Of a stretch of 64,000 bases of DNA, positions 30,701 to 37,427 are shown piece after piece. A model generated the notes under the pieces. That model was not told the origin of the DNA, did no database searches, and saw nothing but the letters and a program-made list of their open reading frames with translations. The position numbers and the translations under genes are program-made. Numbering within the stretch: the stretch's first letter is position 1; every line of letters starts with the position of its first letter. The DNA is from Acidobacteriota bacterium (GTDB lineage Bacteria > Acidobacteriota > CAIWXX01), in contig JBFMAF010000010.1 in NCBI GenBank assembly GCA_040755995.1, forward strand, positions 128,001 through 192,000, written 5' to 3'.

Positions 30701-31530
30701 GCGAAGAAGGTCGAGAACAATATACCGATGCCCGCCGCGTCGAGCGCATTGGCGGTGACAGCGTAGCGCCTGGCGGCCTTCCATTCGCAGATGACCAGAA
30801 GCCCCGCACCCACAAGGAGACCGATGAGCATGCGGATCGGGGGCGTGAGCCAGCCCCTGTCGATCGAGACCTTGAGAAAGAGTACGACGCCCACGAGCGC
30901 CAGGATCCCGGCGCCCCATGAGAAGAGCTTCACGCCGATGAACTTCTCCCAATCGACGTTCGAGAGGGCGGAGAGCCCGGAGGGTGGTGGCGGGGGAGCC
31001 ACAGGAGGCCTGGGTGGCGGCGGGGGCGGTGGTGGAGGCGGCAGAGGCGGCCGGGCGGCTTCAGCCCGCGGTGGCGGTGCCGATTCCGCCGGCGCTGCGG
31101 GCGGCACTGCTTCTGCCGCGGGCGGGGGCGTCGGCGGTGGCTCTGCCGCCGTTGGCGCAGGACGTGGCACGGCTTCCACGGGAGGAGGCGCAGCAGCGGG
31201 CTCGGGCTGCGCGGGGCCGACTCCGGGTACCGGCACAACGGGTGCGGGTTGCGGCGTCGCGATCGCCGGCCCTGTGACAGGCACGGCAGCCGTGCGCACG
31301 GGCTCCGGCTCAGGCTCGCGTTCCAGCGGCCACCCCTTCAGCCCGGCGATGTCGCGCCGCAGCTCGCCGACCAGCTTGTGCAGCCGATCCAGCTCGTTCT
31401 TGTGGGCCCGCACAACACCTTCGACCTCCTCTTGCCCGCGCCTCGCCTTTCGCGCGACGACGAGCGCGGCGATCGGGAGCCCGAAGAGGAGTGCGAGCAG
31501 GACAATAACTACGAAGAGGGCCGCCTCCAC
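27724..31530 (-). CDS. DUF2339 polytopic membrane protein
   Basis: Pro-rich linker, WEKFIGVKLFSWGAG, LLGGFATPALLSTG, many TM helices, C-terminal KCFLSDLWRLGGLFRVGS. Confidence 0.82.
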   Translation of the reverse strand: MEAALFVVIVLLALLFGLPIAALVVARKARRGQEEVEGVVRAHKNELDRLHKLVGELRRDIAGLKGWPLEREPEPEPVRTAAVPVTGPAIATPQPAPVVPVPGVGPAQPEPAAAPPPVEAVPRPAPTAAEPPPTPPPAAEAVPPAAPAESAPPPRAEAARPPLPPPPPPPPPPRPPVAPPPPPSGLSALSNVDWEKFIGVKLFSWGAGILALVGVVLFLKVSIDRGWLTPPIRMLIGLLVGAGLLVICEWKAARRYAVTANALDAAGIGILFSTFFASAALWHLLSTGWTFAFMILVTVVAVVLSIRHDSLFIAVLGLLGGFATPALLSTGQNQPIGLFSYLLLLNIGLALVAYWKNWPHLTAFSVALTTLYQWGWAMKFLDSGQLPLAAGIFIVFAVVSVVAMLAVTRVKAPEELSPIFGRSTAISAALPLLFGLYMAAVPAYGARYVLLFGFLLCVDLGLAAVAILRGPELLHFVGGASTILVFAIWLTASYTKAAWPGILLFVCALVCTYALAETVAERLGRPFAGHGKRATIIAPLLLFVFSGLSALEPQTASPWLLFGVLFALLALLAILAVARESGAPYFLGAFFAVAAEAVWSARHLTPDRLIPGLTIYGFFALFYLGVPLVARRLGKKLQPQGAGALVLFLSLALLLFLAAGPVAAVSLWGMALLLMILNVGLFIEGAAAPRSLWTIAGVVLSWIVIAVWWATATVISILIPALMVVAGFAVLVLAGNAWLRSRTGEAALSMQGMYLGLAGHLFLLFVAAQPTLSEPPWPFLAILFVLDLAIGIAALYVRGGEIHLVSLGASQVILFTWVCFSRLAPWPEIGIGAALAVAAFGIAWLLLARRLESRAPGASFARRFDQGATSAILLGQAVAIVAAAVAPRIGISYLIPAHAALIVALLWIAWLTDRYVISVIAVVLPAVAVYVWREAHLEMWKEELLFALALYALFVVYPLLLGDRARPVREPHVAAVLASVPFFFLARHAILAGDYGDRIGILPVAQAALMALLLWRLTRLEPSGERDIGRLALMAGAGLAFITVAIPLQLEKQWITIGWVLQAAALGWLYRKIPHRGLLWWSAALFAAVFVRLVFNPAVFQYHPRGVHPILNWYLYTYLVSAISMFLGARFLRATEDRIGFFRLSSGLPACATVLLFLLLNIEIADFYSKGTALTFNFSAGLSQNLTYTIGWGLFAIGLLIAGIAARSRPTRIASIVLLVATLAKCFLSDLWRLGGLFRVGSVVALAVCLALVAILIQRFVLREELPK

Positions 31531-31933
31531 TGTTGAACTCCCCTTGCTGGCGGGAGTCTAACGCGGGGTCTCCGGTGGAGTCAAACCAATCTCATCTCGT
31601 ATTCTCGCCTGCCTGATGGTGAGCGATCGTTCCCCACCTCGGCGACCAGTGAGCGGGCGCCCCGCCCGGCCACGACCATCAATCTCCGAGCGATTTGTCG
31701 ATCGCACAGGCTTCGATAGTGCGGGCGGACTGCGCAATTGCGAATTCCTCTATCCACAATGCCTCCATGAGCGCGTATGGAAGCGTCAAGAGGGGAGCCT
31801 GATTTGGGTGGCTGGTGTGAAGGTCATCCAAGAGCCGCGCTCATACCACCTCCTGGCCGCGAGAGTCCGACAGCCTCTGGACTCCTGGACAGCCGCCGGA
31901 GGGCAAGTCGCTTGGCGGCGAACGGTGGCGTGG

Positions 31934-32803
31934 TCACAGGGCGCAGCCGGCAATGAGCACGAGGAGGACGCCCGTGTACTGCAGGATCGCAAGGCGGATC
32001 GCCGGCAGCAGCTGGCGAGGGGTGCCAGACGCCCTCATGGCAACGGCCGTCGAGCGCCACGTGAGTGGAAGACAAACGAAGGCCGCCCAGGCCAGCGGCG
32101 GGAGAGTTCCCGAGAGTAGGGCCGCCAAGAGGATGACATGGGCGACTGTCACGACGCAGGCGTACAGCCTGACCGTACTTGCCTGCCCTACCCTCACGCA
32201 GATGTTCCGTTTGCCCACCAGGCGGTCCTGGAAGTAGTCGGGGATTTCGTTGAGTACCGCAATGCCGAACAGGAGGAGACCCGGTATCAGCGAGACCAGC
32301 AACGGGAGCACGTCGATTCGTCTAGTCTGAACGTAGTAGCTCCCCAGTGTCATGAGAGGGCCGTAACAGCAGGCTATGGTGATCTCGCCGTATCCCCGGT
32401 ACGCGAGCCTGAGCGGAGGTCCGAGGTAGAGGAACGCGCCGACGAATCCGGCAAGAGAGAACGCGATGATGGGCATTCCACACCTCAGGGCGAGCAGAGT
32501 GGCAACCAGAAGCGCGCCCGAGAAGGCAATGACGCCAACCTGAAACGTGCGCACCGTCACAGGGACCGGTTCCAACTGGAACACCCTGTCTGTGCCAGCG
32601 CGCCAGTCGAAGTACTCGTTGAAGGCCTCGACCCCGACCAGCACGAGCAGAATTCCGCCCAGACCCACAAGAAACAGGCCGGCATCGAATCGCCTCTCCG
32701 CGTGGAAGGCGGCGGAGCTGCCCAGTGCGTAAGGCAACAGCCCGGCGAAGAGGAGGAACCGGTAGCGGAGGAGCCTCAGCAGCCCGGATAAAGCTCCACC
32801 CAC
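31934..32803 (-). CDS. UbiA-superfamily (MenA-like) membrane prenyltransferase
   Basis: Asp-rich motifs NEYFDWRAGTD and NEIPDYFQD..VGKRN, YLGPPLRLAYRGYGE. Probable GTG start 32803 with GGGAGAGG upstream, overlapping the radical SAM gene. Confidence 0.88.
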   Translation of the reverse strand: MGGALSGLLRLLRYRFLLFAGLLPYALGSSAAFHAERRFDAGLFLVGLGGILLVLVGVEAFNEYFDWRAGTDRVFQLEPVPVTVRTFQVGVIAFSGALLVATLLALRCGMPIIAFSLAGFVGAFLYLGPPLRLAYRGYGEITIACCYGPLMTLGSYYVQTRRIDVLPLLVSLIPGLLLFGIAVLNEIPDYFQDRLVGKRNICVRVGQASTVRLYACVVTVAHVILLAALLSGTLPPLAWAAFVCLPLTWRSTAVAMRASGTPRQLLPAIRLAILQYTGVLLVLIAGCAL

Positions 32804-33771
32804 TTGTTGGCCTCTCCCAGCAGCCTTGGATCTTCCACCACACGTTTGGCGAACGTCACGACCTCCGGCTCTCGCCACGCTCTCTTGTAACGCTGCCAGG
32901 CCTCCGAGAGGGAGTGTCTTCTGAGGTCCGCGCAGACGAAGGGCAATGGACCGATGAGCTTGACCTTGCCATTCGGGATGACCAGCAGGCTCGCAGCGGG
33001 ACAGTCCAGCCGGTATCTGAGCTCCTCGACCACGTCATACGGGTAGTAGTAGATCTTCATCTTGCCGTCGTACTTCGTCTGCTTCTCCTTCAACACATCG
33101 AAGAACTTCTCGTACTCCGTCTCCGTTGGGCACAGCAGATCCCAGTTACGCGCGGCACGCCCTATGCGCATTATCTTGCCCGTGTAGAAACCGTATGTCC
33201 CCATTCTGTAAGCCATCTCGATGACATCACCCGTCTCATGGATGTTGAATTTGGAGGGAACGAAGACGATCTCTGTGGTCACACCAGCCGCCACGAGGTG
33301 GTCGCAGGCCTCAACGACCTTCTCCCAATCCCCATTCGGTCGCATCATTCGGAAGGTCTGCGGGGTTGAACCATCTACGCTCACCTGAACAGACCTGAAT
33401 CCCAGCGCTCCAATCCGGTTCGCCACCTGACGGTCGATCAGGAGGCCGTTGGTTTCCACCTTCAGGCTAGTCCCATGGGCTCGCAGGAACGAGCTGATCT
33501 CGAAGAAGCGCGGGTGGAGAAGCGGCTCCCCACCGGAGATGGCCACGTAAGGGATTCGCAGATCGACGATCTGCTTGAGAAAGAACGTAACCTCTTCGGG
33601 CGTGAGCTCGTCCGAGAACAGGTGGTCTCCCACTTCCTCGCAGCAGTGCAGGCAGGACAAGTTGCACGCGGAGTTCAACTGCCATGCTACGAACAGTGGG
33701 GCATCGAAGTCGCTGTAGCTGGTCCCTGCAATCGCCGCCGCGGGCGCAGCCTGGGTCGGATCGTGTGTCAT
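32776..33771 (-). CDS. Radical SAM peptide maturase, MftC/PqqE-like, with degenerate SPASM/twitch tail
   Basis: CNLSCLHC (CX3CX2C), ISGGEPLL, ETNG, VQVSVDG. FDAPLFVAWQLNSAC resembles the MftC N-terminus. Confidence 0.9.
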   Translation of the reverse strand: MTHDPTQAAPAAAIAGTSYSDFDAPLFVAWQLNSACNLSCLHCCEEVGDHLFSDELTPEEVTFFLKQIVDLRIPYVAISGGEPLLHPRFFEISSFLRAHGTSLKVETNGLLIDRQVANRIGALGFRSVQVSVDGSTPQTFRMMRPNGDWEKVVEACDHLVAAGVTTEIVFVPSKFNIHETGDVIEMAYRMGTYGFYTGKIMRIGRAARNWDLLCPTETEYEKFFDVLKEKQTKYDGKMKIYYYPYDVVEELRYRLDCPAASLLVIPNGKVKLIGPLPFVCADLRRHSLSEAWQRYKRAWREPEVVTFAKRVVEDPRLLGEANKWVELYPGC

Positions 33772-34031
33772 TCCTGTGGCTCCTTCATCATGATGCCGTT
33801 GGTCTGCAGCTTCTGAACAAACTCCTGCACTTCTTCGCGAATTCCCACCGGTTCCTTCCGGTAGACCCGCGAGAGATCCGCAGCTACGGCGTCGACGCTT
33901 TTCCTTTCCTCGAGCAGTCGCAAGATGCGGGCGCCGGTCTCATTGGTCACGAACAACTTCTCGCTGAGCGTCTCGAACACAACAGCACCGAATTTCTCCT
34001 GGCGCACTCTCACGTGCTTTTCGAACTGCAT
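33768..34031 (-). CDS. PqqD/MftB-like RiPP recognition element (RRE) protein, 87 aa
   Basis: VRVRQEKFGAVVFE...LFVTNETGARILRLL...IREEVQEFVQKLQTNGI. GGAGGAGA RBS; ATGA overlap with the radical SAM gene. Confidence 0.85.
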   Translation of the reverse strand: MQFEKHVRVRQEKFGAVVFETLSEKLFVTNETGARILRLLEERKSVDAVAADLSRVYRKEPVGIREEVQEFVQKLQTNGIMMKEPQE

Positions 34032-34063
34032 GTCTCCTCCTCTTCGTATCGAGCCGTTTAGGC

Positions 34064-34128
34064 CAAGCCCGGGCTCCCGCTCGCATGTGAGAGGAAGGGG
34101 TTGATCACAGCCGGGGAGCCCGAGCTTG
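34064..34128 (-). other. Intergenic RNA hairpin between the peptide and RRE genes
   Basis: Minus-strand arms CAAGCUCGGGCUCCC and GGGAGCCCGGGCUUG form 15 bp with one G-U pair. Confidence 0.65.
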
Positions 34129-34141
34129 CACTCGGCGCGTA

Positions 34142-34288
34142 TCACGTGAACCTGATGTAGGGCTGGGCCATCACACGCCCGGACACGTCCTCAAGGGTCG
34201 GTTTCGTCCATTCCAACCCGTTGTCGCCTTCGGGCTCGGATCGCGTCTCTCTCGCCATCGCAACGCTCTCGCATGCTGCATTCTCCAA
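34142..34288 (-). CDS. Putative RiPP precursor peptide, 48 aa: MENAACESVAMARETRSEPEGDNGLEWTKPTLEDVSGRVMAQPYIRFT
   Basis: AAAGGAGGTGA Shine-Dalgarno 5 nt before TTG 34288 (alternative ATG 34258). WxxPxL motif. Lies directly upstream of RRE and radical SAM genes. Confidence 0.8.
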   Translation of the reverse strand: MENAACESVAMARETRSEPEGDNGLEWTKPTLEDVSGRVMAQPYIRFT

Positions 34289-34317
34289 TTCGCTCACCTC
34301 CTTTCCGGCAATGGGAT

Positions 34318-34333
34318 GTGACCACCTGGTCAC
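34318..34333. promoter_or_regulatory. Putative TetR operator 1, upstream of the peptide gene
   Basis: Perfect inverted repeat GTGACCA-CC-TGGTCAC. Confidence 0.75.
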
Positions 34334-34350
34334 TTCGACGACAAAAAAAA

Positions 34351-34992
34351 TCACGCGGAAAGACCCTTCCTCAACACCTCCACGATGTCATCCACAAACT
34401 GCTCCAGTTCCGGCCTCTCCCTGTCCCAGATGCGGCCTGCCGAATCTAGAAAGGCAAGGGCATGTGCCTGCAGAAACCGGTCCATCACTGCATCCAACAG
34501 GAAGACTGCAGCCTTCATGTCGATGTCCTTGCGGATCTCGCCTCTCGCCCTCCCCTGCAGAAGTAAGGAGTGGAGGTACTCCGCCGAGAAGAGACGGATC
34601 TTCTGGAGCAGCTCTTCCCGAAACGGGGCTTCCCTCCCGTATACCATTCTGAGATAGATCCCGTAAATCAAGGGATGACGATCTATGAAGTCAACCCCTG
34701 CCAGAAGAGACTTCCGTATCCTCTCGAAGACCGGATCATCCTTGGTCTCGGCCTTGACCTGCTTGAGCGTCTTGCGCACGAGGTCGACCGCATGGTCGAA
34801 GGTATGGAGAAAGAGACTCCGCTTGTTGTTGAAATACTGGTAGATCGATCCCTTGGCTATCCCCAGGCGGGCTACGATCTCGTTGATGCTGGCGCGCTCA
34901 TAGCCCTTCTCGGAGAATTCCCGGATGGCGGTCTCCAGCACCCTGTTCCGCTTATCCTCGGGGAGATTGAAGAAGGTCTTCCTCGCTTCCAC
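34351..34992 (-). CDS. TetR/AcrR family transcriptional regulator
   Basis: TFFNLPEDKRNRVLETAIREFSEKGYERASINEIVARLGIAKGSIYQYFNNK. Confidence 0.95.
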   Translation of the reverse strand: MEARKTFFNLPEDKRNRVLETAIREFSEKGYERASINEIVARLGIAKGSIYQYFNNKRSLFLHTFDHAVDLVRKTLKQVKAETKDDPVFERIRKSLLAGVDFIDRHPLIYGIYLRMVYGREAPFREELLQKIRLFSAEYLHSLLLQGRARGEIRKDIDMKAAVFLLDAVMDRFLQAHALAFLDSAGRIWDRERPELEQFVDDIVEVLRKGLSA

Positions 34993-35029
34993 GTGTCCTG
35001 CTCAGCGCATGCTCGAAGGGTCAGTCTTT

Positions 35030-35072
35030 GTGACCATGCGGTCATAATACAGCGCGATGAGACACACGTCAA
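35030..35072 (-). promoter_or_regulatory. Sigma70 promoter of tetR with overlapping operator 2
   Basis: Minus strand TTGACG(35072-35067)-17 bp-TATTAT(35049-35044). GTGACC-ATGC-GGTCAT at 35030-35045. Confidence 0.75.
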
Positions 35073-35089
35073 CCCGAACTCTCGCGTTT

Positions 35090-35671
35090 CCATGCCCCGA
35101 CGTGTTCGTTGTCCTCGGTGTTCCAAAGGTGCTGCGCCGCAACTACCTCATATGGGAAGAAGGCCAGGTACCCACGGTGGTTATCGAGGTGACTTCGGCA
35201 TCCTCGCGCGTGGAGGATCTCGGATCGAAGAAGGGCCTCTATGAACAGCTCGGCGTGCGCGAGTATTTCCTCTTCGACCCGCTCGGCGACTACCTCAAGC
35301 CGCAGCTACAGGGTTTCCGACTGACTCCGGATGGTTACATGCGTGTGCTTGGGACGGAGCTTGCTAGTGAAGTGCTGGGGCTGCGCTTGGTCACCGAGTC
35401 GGATGGGCTGAGGCTCTACGACATCCGGACCGGAGCGAAGCTGGAGAAGTACGAGGAGACGATGGAGCGCCTCAGGAGAGAGCGCGAGCGCGCGCAGCTG
35501 GAACAGGCGAGGGCCGACGAGGAGTCGCGGCGAGCCGAGGTGGAGAGAATGCGGGCTGACGAAGAGGCGCGGCGGGCTGAGGAGCAGAGGCTTCGGGCCG
35601 ATCATGCAGAAGCCGAGATCGTCAGGCTGCGAGCGGAGCTGGCCAGGTTGAGATCTGAACTGGGCCGCTGA
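35090..35671 (+). pseudogene. Uma2 (PD-(D/E)xK) family endonuclease lacking its N-terminus
   Basis: PDVFVV...PTVVIEVTS.S...D...KK.LYEQLGVREYFLFDP plus coiled-coil tail. Similarity starts abruptly at the PD motif. Confidence 0.7.
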
Positions 35672-35845
35672 GGCCCGCTCCCCACGCAGATCAAGGGAAC
35701 ATGCGCTAGCACGCTCTGTAATCAGCGACCTGGATGTGCGGAGGCGCGATCCAACGGGCAGGGTCCTCGGCGAGCCGAGCGACCAGCCACCTTGTCGTCA
35801 AATCGACAGATCCGCGGGGGTTCGCACCGGCGCATCAAGAGCCTA

Positions 35846-36808
35846 TCAGCGGATGTCGGCGAGGACATACTTGACAAACTCGCCCTCTCCTGCCTCAGCG
35901 AACCCCATGAAGGCCACCCTATTGCCACGCGCCGCCAGAGGCCAGAATCCATCGGCGGACATGCTCTTGCACTCTCCGCAATTCTCCCTCAACTTGCTCA
36001 AGATCTCGTCGATCAGGCCGTTCTTCCGGACGGAGCCCTCAGGCCCGTAGATGACCACGTCCCCATTCGGGCCCGGGTAGTGTCTCTCGGCGCAAAGGAA
36101 AGATCCGTCACTCATGAAGCCTAGTGATCGGCTGCCCTGCCCGTGAAACTGAAGCGTGGCTGCCCTGCGCACCCCGCCCGCGGGATCCAAATCCACAATC
36201 CGATCGCCGATTCTGTGGCGACCTCTAGGCGGAGGTAGCCCGGGAGAAAGCTCGGGCTCTAGCCAGTTCTCGATTCGACGGTACTCGATCCCTTCTTGAC
36301 CTCCGAGGAAATGCCCTTTACCCTCTGAGTCGACCCAGAAGTCCGTCACTTTGAACGCAGCGGTTTCCGTCCTGCTGATCAAGGTCCCGTCCTTTCTTCG
36401 GGCCTTGTAAACGACATTGTGGTCATCGAAGCAGGCCACAAGGTACCTGTTTCCATCTGCGCCGAAGGCCGGAAATAGGTCAAATGTGCCGTAGTCCTCT
36501 ATCCCCTTAATGCAGTCCGGGGCCGATCCTGTGGTCAGGTCCAGCAACTTCAGTCCGTGCGCAGAAGAACGGGCCGCGGACTCGAGTGCTATGCTTCGAA
36601 CGCTGTTCCCGGGACCTAAAACTCTGGCCACCGGGAAGCGTCCACTTATGGCCAACTCTGTTGGGGAAAGGAAGACGGCGTCCATAACCCCCCGCAAGAT
36701 CTCCCGCTCGTCGGCCACGCTGATGATGGTGACCTGCTGCGCCTGACTCGTCTGCGAGACAACACATGCAAGTGAAGCAATGAACACGCAGATAACGTAC
36801 TCCCTCAT
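35846..36808 (-). CDS. Secreted hypothetical protein, beta-rich
   Basis: GGGAGGAG RBS before ATG 36808, signal peptide ending SQA-QQ; no family recognised. Confidence 0.55.
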   Translation of the reverse strand: MREYVICVFIASLACVVSQTSQAQQVTIISVADEREILRGVMDAVFLSPTELAISGRFPVARVLGPGNSVRSIALESAARSSAHGLKLLDLTTGSAPDCIKGIEDYGTFDLFPAFGADGNRYLVACFDDHNVVYKARRKDGTLISRTETAAFKVTDFWVDSEGKGHFLGGQEGIEYRRIENWLEPELSPGLPPPRGRHRIGDRIVDLDPAGGVRRAATLQFHGQGSRSLGFMSDGSFLCAERHYPGPNGDVVIYGPEGSVRKNGLIDEILSKLRENCGECKSMSADGFWPLAARGNRVAFMGFAEAGEGEFVKYVLADIR

Positions 36809-36915
36809 CGAGGACTCCTCCCTGCCTACCTTGCTATACTGGGATACAATTCGCTTCATGATCCACGACCAGGCTGCAGAAACAAGTCATCTCGATCCAA
36901 ACCCATTCATAGCTG

Positions 36916-37167
36916 TCATTCGGCATCTTTCGGCGCACCCTCTTGATACATCGCCAATGAACATCGGGGGGGCCGGCAGAAACTCATTATGAGAGGACTG
37001 TGGCACGAGGTCGAGCAACAGTCATCACAGTTCCAGGATGTGTCACAACACCTCACTTGATAATACCTCAAGCCCTCTCCGCAGGGCGGCGGTTGATCCC
37101 CGGATAGGGAAGGCAGCGCCATGCCGACTAGCAAAACTGCAGCCGTAATAAGCGATTTCACAGTCAC
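36916..37167 (-). CDS. Small secreted Cys-rich protein, about 83 aa
   Basis: AAGGAGA RBS, GTG start, signal-like KSLITAAVLLVGMALPSLSG, mature part with 9 Cys. Confidence 0.55.
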   Translation of the reverse strand: MTVKSLITAAVLLVGMALPSLSGDQPPPCGEGLRYYQVRCCDTSWNCDDCCSTSCHSPLIMSFCRPPRCSLAMYQEGAPKDAE

Positions 37168-37427
37168 GTGTAGTCTTCTCCTTGCGATACAGTCTGGCCA
37201 GAGATACTCGACAAGTGGGGGGGCGTCAAGGGTGCACCCGTTCGTCATGCCGTTACGCCATTACGTTGCACCCTGTACGCGTCGTTGCCCTCGCGCGCCC
37301 CCCTCTGCGTGCCTATGTGCCTACCAATCTGTCCCTGTGCCTGCTGCCTCTCTTCGTCCCTGCGTCCCCGGGGAACCGGGCTGAGTTGCGAGGCGTTGAG
37401 CTCGCCCTGAAGCTGGGGCAGCCTCGC

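Noticed and set aside
30975..31330. GC-rich low-complexity tract
   Set aside because: Explained by the Pro/Ala linker of the DUF2339 protein
31824..31854. AGGAGG followed by ATG-SAALG-stop downstream of the prenyltransferase
   Set aside because: Only 6 codons with short SD spacing; could be a lost gene's start but cannot be supported
34142..34288. Lasso peptide reading (WxxPxL leader, AsnB-like gene in window)
   Set aside because: No leader Thr followed by a ring-forming Asp/Glu core, no B2 protease, and asnB is 20 kb away with an intact glutaminase domain
32776..34992. Calling the cassette mycofactocin or PQQ
   Set aside because: Peptide lacks IDGxCGVY and ExxxY; no mftDEF or pqqBC in the window
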